DNA of 64,000 bases, from positions 434,001 to 498,000 of the forward strand of contig CDRNVI010000019.1 of the NCBI GenBank assembly GCA_977017575.1. The letters run 5' to 3'. Below, piece after piece: positions 1-10,077 of this stretch. The first letter of the stretch is position 1. Each line of letters begins with the position of its first letter. The notes beneath the pieces are model-generated. The model saw nothing but the letters and a program-made list of their open reading frames with translations. It ran no database searches and had not been told where the DNA came from. This DNA comes from Paramoeba atlantica. Its lineage: Eukaryota; Protista; Discosea. Position numbers and translations under genes: made by a program.

Positions 1-283
1 GCGGCACCAACATGCTGTTACCAACACCCTGCGTCGACGAATTGTACGTCAACACGGCTTACCCAAGAGGTGTAAGCCGGGTAAGGGAGCTGGTTCCCTG
101 AGGGGAGGGTCCGGGACGGTCCTCCGAGTACTGGGCCTAGTCGGTTCTCAGCCCAGCCTCTTAGAGTGAGGCCGCCAGGAATAATGCGATGAGTGGGTTT
201 GAACTCGCTATCTGAGCATCATGCGCTTCAAACTTTGAATTCTTGCCATCCAAAGATCCTCGTTCCACACGTTTTTGACCCTG

Positions 284-3074
284 CATAGTCTAACTAGTAT
301 ACTAGTATATACTAAAACACTAGTATTCGGCTAGTATACTATAGTATATACTATAGTATACTATAGTATATACTATGAGATACCACTTTTTTGTAGACTG
401 GGTATTTACTAATCGTAATCAACGGACGCATGGAAAACCTCAAGCAATTCAACGTTCAAGGCAAAGGAAGCAGGAGAATATGCTGAATGCTTCATTCTCC
501 AACAGTTACTTAACAAATCAACCAATAAACTTCCTTAAAAATCAGGAATTGATTTGGTTTACCACAGCGCAGATGCGCACAGAGAGGTGAAAGGATGCTT
601 ATCCTGAGCGAAAGTTGAGTCGAGTGCGTGAAAAAGTGAGTTGAGGGGTGAAAGGAGTTCAGATCTCGCATTCCGCGCATAAACGCTTCCTCACATATTT
701 TTCATTGGTATATGATGTAAGAAAAGAAACAGATCAAGAGCGTGTAGCACGAATATACGAATAAAATTAATATATTGTAGTGTAATAAAAAATACTAAAC
801 GTGGCTATTTTCATCAATGCATAAATATTTATTTATATGTTATTCTGAATTGATAAAGATACCTGAAGGAATACTTCAAGGACTTACACGACACTGAGTT
901 AAACCACAGAACCCAGTTCCGACGTCAATACATAGTGCATAATAGTACAATAAACCGTTGCTGTGGACGAAACAAGTATTTCGCTTGTTGAACGCTGAGA
1001 AAAAAACCAGAGAAAAATATCTCAGATACGGAGAAGAAATACCACAAAACGGAGCTCTGGACGTACGAATATTATCGCAATATTACCACATATTCTATTT
1101 ACCGCAATTCAATTGATATTTACCGCAATGTATACCCTGTATGCTACGATACTCTATATGTATGATACTCTGTGCGCCATGTAGTTCGATATTATTTTAT
1201 ATGGAGTGTTCCGTGCCAGATCCAGTAGACAATTAGCCATCGCGTGACCCCGCCAAGTTTGGGAGAAGTGACGGCTCGAATTTCATGAGAATGTGCAATG
1301 GATTTCACCACCCTAGCACCTTTCGCAATTAGAATCTCACATTGGTCTTCTATTTCCAGAGTTTGATTCAGTTCGGCAAACACATCGCGTGCCTTTAAAG
1401 ATACTTTCGAGAGAGTTTGCAATGCTTCCTTGAGATGAGCTATGGTGTCCCTGCGACCCTCCTGTCAAGTTTTTCACTGTTCACAGAACGACAAAAAGAT
1501 TTAAAGTACGATTCAGCTTTTTGAGTCTCTTCGTCAAAGGCGCTTAATATATCTTCAAGAGCTTTTCCGAAATACTTCCCCTTCTTTGCCCCCACACGGT
1601 CCCCTGCATAGAAAATCCTGGAGAAGTATGTTCTTACTTTCATAATTTGCAGATTTGCGTAGTGCTGCATTGCATCTTTGGCCATATTATGAAACAAGTG
1701 TCCGAAGCATGGTAATAGCGCGACACGTGGACAGTGCTTCGTCACGCCAATTACAATGTTCTCCCGGTCCGTGCTTCCGATAGAGCTGAGGCGCGAGTAA
1801 AATTCTTCCTCTGCGGAAACAAGAGAGTCACGAATGCCTAACATAGTGGATTCTATTTCCTGCCTAGCCACATTATTTACTGGGGCTCCGTCTGCCATTA
1901 TGAATCGCAACTTTAGGAGTCGGCTCTCGGAGAGGCATGACCGAAGTACTTCTATCAGGGATTGTGCCATCTCGCTACCGTTAAATGATTTGTGTTTAGG
2001 GTGGTAGATAGGTGGGAGAATAAAGTGGCGATCCACAACATACAAAATGGCGATAAGTACATGTTCGCTAAGAACCCTGTCAACTCCACCGTCGATGGCG
2101 AGGACAAAGAATTTAGCTCCATCTATGGTTCGTCGAATGTCTTCCCAGATCATGTCGGCAATTCGACGTTCACTGATATGAAATTCGCGAGGAGAAGGAA
2201 GGATCGATGCAGCTTCTGAAGGATGTATGTCGGGGGGAAATTCTTGAAATAAGTTCTTTACGCACTCGAGGAATCCTTCGGTAGAAAGATTGCTCTGAGC
2301 TGCGAAACATGGGAGAGCTTCGGAGATGTACTCCTCTAGCGACTTGGGATTTGCAACTTCACTGAAGTCTTCCATCCCCTGCTGCGCCTTCGAGCAGCAC
2401 TCTTTCAAATGTTTATAACAAAAATTCTCCCCCTTGCTATGGGTCACCCACCCACACTTTACATCGAACATGCTGTGAGTGGCCCATAGCATCATTCTGG
2501 ATGCCTGAGACGTTTTTCCGAGCCCACTCGAGGCACAATTTTCCAGAGGACTCAACGCCGAGATCGCATCGCTCGTACGTTAATTGCTGCTGTCGACGGA
2601 GGCTTCCACAAGCGAGTGGATCGTTCCCGCAGTTGCTTTTTCTCTTTCTCTGGAGAGCATTCTCCTCTTCAAGCGGAGAGAGGGACGCACTTAACGCTAC
2701 TTGGGAAGGTGTCTCCTCTAACTGTGACGTAATTGCGGCTACTCTCTCGCGATGCTCCCGTGCTGACGGTCGCTTTCTTGTGTTTTCAGGGGTGGGGGTT
2801 GAAGGTGCGCTTTCCGAGTTCTTTGAACGTTGCGTCATTTAAAACAGTGAGTGACAAGGTGATTAAAGGAAGTGATAAGGTGTAAACAAAAAGGCTGAGC
2901 AATACTTGTGTACCAGTCCTAAATGTCGCAATAAAGACAAATCTTTTCATTCATATACAGGGAAAAACTACATTTCTATAGACACTTAATAAGATTATAG
3001 ACACCTTCGAAAAGTAGTATCTCATAGTATACACTGTATACTATAGTATATACTAAAATACTAGTTAGACTATG
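284..3074 (-). mobile_element. Cut-and-paste DNA transposon, hAT-like, about 2.8 kb, 17-bp TIRs, 6-bp TSD
   Basis: Left end CATAGTCTAACTAGTAT (284) and right end ATACTAGTTAGACTATG (ending 3074) are exact reverse complements. ACCCTG flanks both sides (278-283, 3075-3080). An uninterrupted paralogous site is at 18166-18240. Confidence 0.9.
1192..2838 (-). pseudogene. Frameshifted hAT-clan DDE transposase in three frames (2437-2838, 1440-2555, 1192-~1450)
   Basis: Motifs VLAIDGGVD (D1), IMADGAPVN (D2), PCFGHLFHN (CxxH) and GVTRW (hAT TRW motif) in consecutive overlapping frames inside the TIRs. No clear C-terminal E or dimerisation domain. Confidence 0.7.
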
Positions 3075-3387
3075 ACCCTGAGTGCTTCGCATCCACTCCT
3101 CAAAATTTAGGTCATGACTCTTTTTTCAAGTGCGTGAGGGCCGAGGAGTAGGAGACTCGAAAAAAAAGGGTTTCTTCGCGCCTGCTTCGCAGACTTGTCA
3201 TTTGAAATTATGCATCACGAAGTTTAACAAAGTGTGAAGCAACAAACTCCGCCTGGCTTTCGTCGTTCCGTCGCATATTTGGCATTTCTGAGAAATAAAA
3301 AAAATAAAGTTTTATATACATGTATAGTATTTAAAATTTTATAGTACTATAAAAGTACTATAGTTTTTAAAGTTTTAGGGACCCCTG
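3075..3387. mobile_element. Right arm of a hAT-type MITE ending ACCCCTG; host of the 284-3074 insertion
   Basis: 247-283 plus 3081-3387 align with 18166-18434, including terminal TAAAGTTTTAG(G/A)GACCCCTG. No left TIR is seen in the window. Confidence 0.8.
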
Positions 3388-3505
3388 AAATAAATGACAA
3401 AAAATTACGAGTTTTTAAATGTTAGGGTGCATTTTTGACGAAATACTGCCCGAATGTTTTCGTACACCACTCTCGCAACAACTTGCAGATTACAATTCAG
3501 AACGG

Positions 3506-4246
3506 TTAACCGTTTTGCGGGTAGAACCTTACATTCGCAGGGATTGCTTTACTAACATTTGAAAACGAATTCGATGTTAGATCAAGGATTTGCATTCCTC
3601 TAGGAAGTGCCCATAAATCGATTGGGCCGTGCAATGCGTTGTTATTTAAATAAACGTATTGTAGTTCTGATGTGAATGTAGTCGTGTTTACCTGACCGAA
3701 AAATCGGTTGCGGCTTACATTAAGTACACGTAACTTAATAGCCCCTTGTGTGGGCTTAGGAAACGTAATTGGCCCAGAAAACTTATTGTAGCTTATGTCG
3801 CAGTGCAGCAGAGTTGAAGGTAAATCGGCAAGGGGAAAACATCCATGGAATTCGTTGTTTTTCAGATCAAGAAAGCGCAGATCAGCGGGCATTGCACACA
3901 CAGATACTTCACCTTGAAATCTATTTTCGCTAAGATCAAGAAAAAGAAGAGTGTGTGGAAGGAATGACCAACTAAGGTTACCTGTTAGCATTCTTTTTGA
4001 CCAGTTCACATCAGTCACGCGGAACGAAGCGTCACATTGTACGCCTTTCCATGAGCAAGCAGAAATAGCAGAGCTCCAAGTAGAGTTGATCTTATTCAGA
4101 CCCTTAATAAAGCGCTCCAAGTTGTGTTCCGGCGGAAACACGCCGGAATGCACTTTACCCAAACGAAGCCTCGTATTGTGTTCCTGCTGGTCTGATGACG
4201 TCAATCCCAAACAAATGAAGGCTTTAGCCAGCTGTACACACACCAT
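3506..4246 (-). CDS. Leucine-rich repeat protein with plant-like LRR N-cap
   Basis: 246 aa; CSWKGVQC cap followed by repeated LP..L..LDL..N.F.G units. Confidence 0.85.
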   Translation of the reverse strand: MVCVQLAKAFICLGLTSSDQQEHNTRLRLGKVHSGVFPPEHNLERFIKGLNKINSTWSSAISACSWKGVQCDASFRVTDVNWSKRMLTGNLSWSFLPHTLLFLDLSENRFQGEVSVCAMPADLRFLDLKNNEFHGCFPLADLPSTLLHCDISYNKFSGPITFPKPTQGAIKLRVLNVSRNRFFGQVNTTTFTSELQYVYLNNNALHGPIDLWALPRGMQILDLTSNSFSNVSKAIPANVRFYPQNG

Positions 4247-4815
4247 AAATTTATTAACTGGTTAGGAAAAAATTCAATGAATCATAAATAAGGCTTCGAA
4301 AACTGAAGAGACTTTCGTGTTCGTGCATAAAAGTAAACGGCGCGAAAATGTTTTTTTAATCAGCAAAGAAATTTACCGTATATCCCCCCGCCCGCCTAGT
4401 ACTGGAAGCGTGCGATAGTAATCCTGTGTCTGTATAGTCTATAGATACTGTAGGAATCCTTTTCTGGATTTTCCTTTTGCCTTTTTCTTGACCGGGGGAT
4501 ATCGCTTTACAATAAAGTGAAAATATGAATTTTTCGACTTCTCTATGGTGGGCGAAGGAAAATCGAATTTTTGTACACCATTTAAGGTCTCAGAACAAAT
4601 CAAGGCAGCTCGAGTGAAAAGGACAGCGGATTCGGGACGATTGGGTCGAAAAAGGCGGTACGCGAAATTTTCCTAAATCGAACAAAGTATGCCTGCAGAG
4701 GGGTATAAAAAGCTGCCGAGGGGTGTGTACTGTATAATCCTCCCCTTAAAGGGTGACCGTAAATTTCATCTAAAAACTCAAATATGTGTACTAACAAGCC
4801 CGACGAATAATTTCT

Positions 4816-5721
4816 TTATTGCAAGCGGTTCCTCGTTCCTCTTTTATCTTTAGCTTGAAGGTCAGAAGTATTAAATGCAGTTTTGTTTTTTTCGGGGGAT
4901 ACCGAAAAAGGAGCGAATGAACGATGCATTGCTGTGGTAACACGATTCTGTATAGTCTGGCCGCGCTGACTTGAATTCTCAACCGAGGATGCGTCTGGCT
5001 TCGAAAGAATTACGCTATTCCGAGAATTCAAAGTACGTCGTTTGCCCCAAACTATGATGGAAAACCTTTCCGTAATCATTGCATTGTCCATTGGAACGCC
5101 ATGAAGAAACGCGTCGTTCACTTTGCTTGAAAACGCGAAGCAGTCACCATTGCGCTGCGGAAACGAAAATTTCGAATTGGTATCTTCATGGAGAAAACTT
5201 AGCTTTCTAGTTGCGCCTAATGATATGCCTATCGTAAAGTCTTCTTTGACTTCCTTGGTCGCGCTACTGTAAGCATGACTGTCACGATGAAATGTTTTCC
5301 AATGTGTGCCATCCGGGTAATAATTCAATCGCGATGCAAATCCATCTACATCAAAGTATTTCTTCATAATTGCCACAATGCTTTGAAATGTAGGAGAAAA
5401 TGTGGGATCCTCATGCCTCATGTGACGGCTCCAATTAATCATGCCTGTGGACGTCTTTTCGGTATCAAGTGACTGTATTTGACTCGCATGCTCCAATAGC
5501 TCTTCCTTTAATGTACGAAAGATAGTGGTATCCCGTTCTAAGCAAATGAAATCTCGAAGGTAGACGCAGTTTCCCCCAAGCGTGTTAGAGACTGCGTCCT
5601 GTAAATCAGCATGAGCTTGCGAAAATTCGGATTTCTGAAGTTTTGCGATGTATTGTGATGCGAGATTTACCCTTTCTTTATGGAAATCAAAGGAAATAGG
5701 CATGAGGGCATGTACCATCAT
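4816..5721 (-). CDS. AlkB-like 2OG-Fe(II) dioxygenase
   Basis: 301 aa; RLNYY..HRD, ISLGATR.LSF, FLHGVP and ERFSIIVW give the HxD...H...R signature. Confidence 0.8.
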   Translation of the reverse strand: MMVHALMPISFDFHKERVNLASQYIAKLQKSEFSQAHADLQDAVSNTLGGNCVYLRDFICLERDTTIFRTLKEELLEHASQIQSLDTEKTSTGMINWSRHMRHEDPTFSPTFQSIVAIMKKYFDVDGFASRLNYYPDGTHWKTFHRDSHAYSSATKEVKEDFTIGISLGATRKLSFLHEDTNSKFSFPQRNGDCFAFSSKVNDAFLHGVPMDNAMITERFSIIVWGKRRTLNSRNSVILSKPDASSVENSSQRGQTIQNRVTTAMHRSFAPFSVSPEKNKTAFNTSDLQAKDKRGTRNRLQ

Positions 5722-6605
5722 TAATAGAAAATAGGAATGAAAAAGTCAAACTTGCGGTAAAAGCTCTACTATTGTATAGCAATCTTTCTTATACTTATCA
5801 ACATCTGACTACGTCAATAGAGCCCGCCCTGCAAGTGAGCGAACATTCGAGGTGGGAGCCCGCGGCTCGCTACCTACCTCCTGTCGGACCCTTAATGTCC
5901 TCTTTGACGAGGACACAAATCTTGCAGAAAAATGTCGACAAAGTCTATTGCAGACCGGCCTTTGAGGCAGTTTCATTATCTGGCAGAGTCGAGAATCTGC
6001 CGTTTGGACAGAAGCGCGTGCTTAGCGTCTGTGAAAGGCAGACCTGGGGAGCGTCATATGCGCCCCCCAGACTTATCTACATATTCTCTGTCTTTTGAAG
6101 GCATGATAAACTAAAATTCCTCTACAAAGACTAATATGAATAAATAGAGGAAGTTTCCGTCCTCTGTTTCGACATCAGTTCTTTCTGTTTCATCAGATCA
6201 TGGCTGATATGTAAGGATTAAGACTATAGATGCATCATAGCAATTAGTGAGAAGGATGAATTTTAAAAGCGGTAACACTCCAAAACTTCGTAGAGAATAA
6301 TGTCTTTTTTTCACACGGAATGATTGCCGTAGACACCCCAGTATGAGACCTCAAATTACGACAGATTTAGCTCGGGAAGCTGGGTGGCTGGGGAGGCTGA
6401 GGGGGCGCGGTGGCTGGATGCGTGAAGGTGGCTGGGCGGGGGCATGGCTGAGCGCACACAACATTTGGCAAATACCGGTCAGCGCGCTAATACCAAAAGC
6501 AGCAAATAACAGTCAGCGCGCTAAAGCCTATTATGTCATGCAACTCACTTTGGTTTTCTTCTTTTATCAACAAAATTTTATATTCCCCCTAGGACCACCG
6601 GATTC

Positions 6606-6797
6606 CTACCCCCTAACACCACGGCGGTACCAATCTTGTACCGCGGCCTGAATGATCTGGGCATTGCCTTTCTGGATGGCCACCCCTATGGCCATCAACA
6701 GGTGAGAGAGGCACCCGTTTCTGTCAGAAGAGTGGGCCTTCGCCACCTTCCAGGGTCTGGGGGCCCGGAATCCCTTTAGGCATATCCCTTCGGGCAT
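6606..6797 (-). pseudogene. Probable C-terminal fragment of a CRE/SLACS-type (restriction-like endonuclease) non-LTR retrotransposon ORF
   Basis: HLLMAIGVAIQKGNAQII resembles the QRLS.AIQRGNA motif that ends REL-type retroelement ORFs; locally GC-richer. Single short motif only. Confidence 0.45.
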
Positions 6798-6871
6798 ATC
6801 CCTTTAGGCAGGGAAGCGGCGAATGGTGCAGGTATCCTGTTTCAAGAAGTTATGGATGCTTTTGAGACTCA

Positions 6872-7300
6872 TTGGCGCAACACTCTTGGAGTCTCAATCT
6901 GTACGCTTCAGGTGGATTGCGTAATCCGTGCAGTGCGAAGGTAAACTTGTTCTTGACTTTCATCAACACAAAGACATCTCTACAACCAGGCCAGCTATTG
7001 TTACTTTTTGGGGACATCGCCAGTAGTCGTTGTGCTGGTCAAATTGACCGAGGCAGAGGACTACACGACAAAATCGTGTCCAAGTTCATACATGATTAGG
7101 AATAAATTTGGTTTGATGCAGGTTGATGAAATCTTCATCGAGAAAAGGAAATATCACCATGGAAAGCGATAGCGGCATATTGTAGTTCGTCGGCATGACT
7201 GAGATAATCGGACGGGAAATCGGCCGCACCCGTTGGAAGTTGTTTTCCTGCAAAGATCCAGAAACACTTCACGCATTCATCGGTCCACATCTGTATAGTG
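6872..7300 (+). pseudogene. Decayed Merlin (IS1595/ISXO2-like) transposase fragment A
   Basis: 7116-7172 reads MQVDEIFIEKRKYHHGKR*, matching the Merlin VDE...KRKY.RGR motif. Confidence 0.65.
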
Positions 7301-8793
7301 CGCGTTAGACTCATGAAGGGTTGCCAGACGTGTTAGTTTCGGCTTCCGTGTCTTTCTTGTCCGCCTTCTTCTTCAAACGGCCTGCCTTGAGCAACCTCCT
7401 CGACATGAAGAATCCATAAATATCCTCGACGTAAAGAAAATCGGCTTGGGGGTACGTTGGTTGAATTCTCAACGAACGGGATTCCGATTTCTGAAGTCAT
7501 AAGAACTGCGGGGTGCGCTCAGAGAGAACTATGTCTGCCACTTCCGCAGGATTGTGTATTCGTTTTCCTGTACTGCGACACGTAGTTTACGTGGAGGCAA
7601 GGCCCAACTGTGAGCGAAGCCCACTTCTGGAAGCAAAAACCCCCTTTGCGAGCAAGGCCCTACTGTGAGCGTAGCCCTGGGACAGAATTATATTTTTGTG
7701 GCGATCCGCGTGCTCCAGTGTGTGGGTTGCGCACTGAGAACCTGTGTCTGCCACTACCGCCGGATTATATTTTTTGACTATAGAATATCACCACTTTTCC
7801 TTACTATAAAATTACATTTCTTTTTGTATCCCTCTGCTTTTCTTCGTTTACCATGGAACTTCGTCTGCTATGAAAGAAGACTATAATGAACAAGACCGAC
7901 ACTCTCCTGAAATTAATGAGGCCGAGCGACTCATGATGGTGTTCCTTGAGGCGATTGATCGTGTCGTAGAACGTGTTCTACATGAGACAGCATCGCACGA
8001 AAATAATCCAGAACCTCATATTCAACCCGTTCTTCAAAACGGAGTTTGGCGAAATTTGCATGCCAGACGACTTTGCTCGCGGTGTGCCGGATTGTTTGCG
8101 TTCGGGGGTGGCGAATCATTGGCTGTGCTCCGCAAGGGGAGAATGCGGTAACCTGGATGAGATCACATAGCCTGTTTGAAGATGCCGTCTGTTACTTTCA
8201 TGGGGCGGACTATCTCCGATAGTCTCGCGATAAAGCCCGATATGATGGTTTGCGACCACCGTCTTCCGCATGAAAGAAACCTGAGTCGGGCCCGAGTTAG
8301 CAAATTCTCTCCATTCCTCTCCATACGAACATTATTGACACCTTCCATGCTCTTTCTTCTTTGGGCAGACGCCGCGAACCATTTATGTACTCGGCAGATT
8401 TTCCAGAACCGTGGAGTGCAACGAATGGTAGCGCAGAAAATTAGCCCATCGCTTGGCAACTCAGCCTTGCATGAGGAGGAGACTTCGAACTACTAATTTG
8501 CCAGGATGCAGGTTGACAAGACGTTTATTGGGAAACGGAAGTACGATCGTGAGACGCGTCAGCGCGAAACAGGCTACTGGTTCGCAACAGATACTGAGCA
8601 AGAAGGAAGAATGATGGGTCTTACCCACTGTAAATTGGTAAAGACTCGGGATCGTGCGACATTGCAAGCTTGGATTCTGTCTCATTTGGCGAGCGCACGC
8701 ACCGTAGTAGTGAGTGATGCTGGAAGGCTTATACTAACCCCGGTGAATTCTGCCGACTTGGTTCATCATACGCTCATTGGCGCAGAGAGATCC

Positions 8794-9612
8794 CGGTGAA
8801 ACTGAACCAAATTCCGCACTTTTTCTCATTTTTGCAAACTAATTTTTTTTTCCAAAGATCTGTCTTTCTTTGATATTGTTTTCACACAAACATAAACTAT
8901 TGAAGCGAATGTCGTGCGAATTTAGTTATTTCTAAATTACTTATCGCTTATTTTAACAAGATGATGCCCTATTTATTGCCTATTTAATACCGTGCTCTGG
9001 AGATGTGGGTTCTTTTGTGGGTGCACCCTAACGATTACATTAATGTCTTCGTGAAGTGAATCACAGTGCTCAAAGTGGCTTAAAGATCATCACTTAACCC
9101 CTCTAGAGGGGATACATGATCCCTCTAGAGGGGTACAGGGGTGACTCTGGGTGGGCAGTACGTGGTCTGAGATCCTGTGGAACCCGTGGAAAATCGTTCG
9201 GTCGATACTCCCATCCTCAACATCATGGAATTGGAAATCGTACCAAGATGCGGACTAATGGAGCACGGCACAACTTTTCGCCCCAAGGCAAGTACAAGTG
9301 GGAGAGTGTTAGCCACAAACGGCAGTGGTCTACAACTCAAGAAACTCACACCACCACTGGAATCCGCTAATTCCATGGTTAAGCAGAGGTCCAACAGTGA
9401 ACAGAATCCAAATCCTCGCAGAGAAATGAACAGGAATTTTGAATCGAATTTTGAAGAGAATGAGGACAATGTATTGCTCTAATTATTGCTAAATTTGAAG
9501 GAGTAGTGTGCTTGCGTCCATCTAAGCAAGAAAAAGGCTCAGAGTTGATGAAGGATGAAATTTTTCGTGAAAACGTTTTGGAGAAAGTGTGGAATTTGGT
9601 TCAGTTTAACCG
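8794..9612. mobile_element. Non-autonomous TIR element of about 820 bp, no clear TSD
   Basis: CGGTGAAACTGAACCAAATTCCGCACTTT at 8794 matches the reverse complement of 9584-9612 with 2 mismatches in 29 bp. Confidence 0.75.
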
Positions 9613-9794
9613 ATATTCCCCTTAATACAATGGACGGTATCATCGGTACGTGATCCGCCCATAACGGATGTCGCCAAACGAGGTTCGACACGGACTCTGT
9701 CGGTAGAGAGGTCCAGGCAACTCGCCTCTCTTTACGCGGCCGGAGGGGCGCACTTCAACCAACCACTGCCTCGCGATAACGCAAGGCAGTCACG

Positions 9795-10065
9795 CCCAGT
9801 GGTTCTCAAGGGAGGCCACCATGGCGCATAGCTCCCAGGAGAAAAAAACGCGAGAAGGAGAAAGCCAGGGAGGGAAGTAACCTTCCTCGAGGAGTGAGTC
9901 GGGGAGCGGTGAAGAGTTGGAAGTACATCCCCTACTTCCACGACAAGAGGTACAGTCCCTGCTAGCCGTCAGCCGGGCATTTAAAAAGAAAATGTATGCC
10001 CGTTTCCGGGAAAAGAAAGGAAGGGCTAGCAAAATGTACCAACAAGGTACAGAAATTGTATCTTT
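9795..10065 (-). repeat. Dispersed repeat homologous to 59525-59810 (SL-headed family)
   Basis: Shared blocks CTCAAGGGAGGCCACC, GGAGTGAGTCGGGGAG, CGACAAGAGG, GTATGCCCGTT and GTACCAACAAGGTACAGAAA.TGTATCTTT in the same order. Confidence 0.9.
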
Positions 10066-10077
10066 ATCGTTAACGTT
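10036..10077 (-). ncRNA. Spliced-leader exon-like sequence plus GT donor (SL RNA gene or pseudogene head), copy 1
   Basis: Minus strand reads AACGTTAACGATAAAGATACAATTTCTGTACCTTGTTG|GTAC: 38 nt, AAC start, and a core one mismatch from GATACAGTTTCTGTAC of kinetoplastid SL exons. Confidence 0.7.

Noticed and set aside
56-90. CGGCTTAC/GTAAGCCG hairpin with alternative pairing as an HDV-like or hammerhead ribozyme
   Set aside because: Catalytic core and nested pseudoknot could not be assembled by eye; a covariance-model search would be needed.
9094-9135. piggyBac end (TTAA|CCC)
   Set aside because: No matching GGG|TTAA partner with inverted homology.
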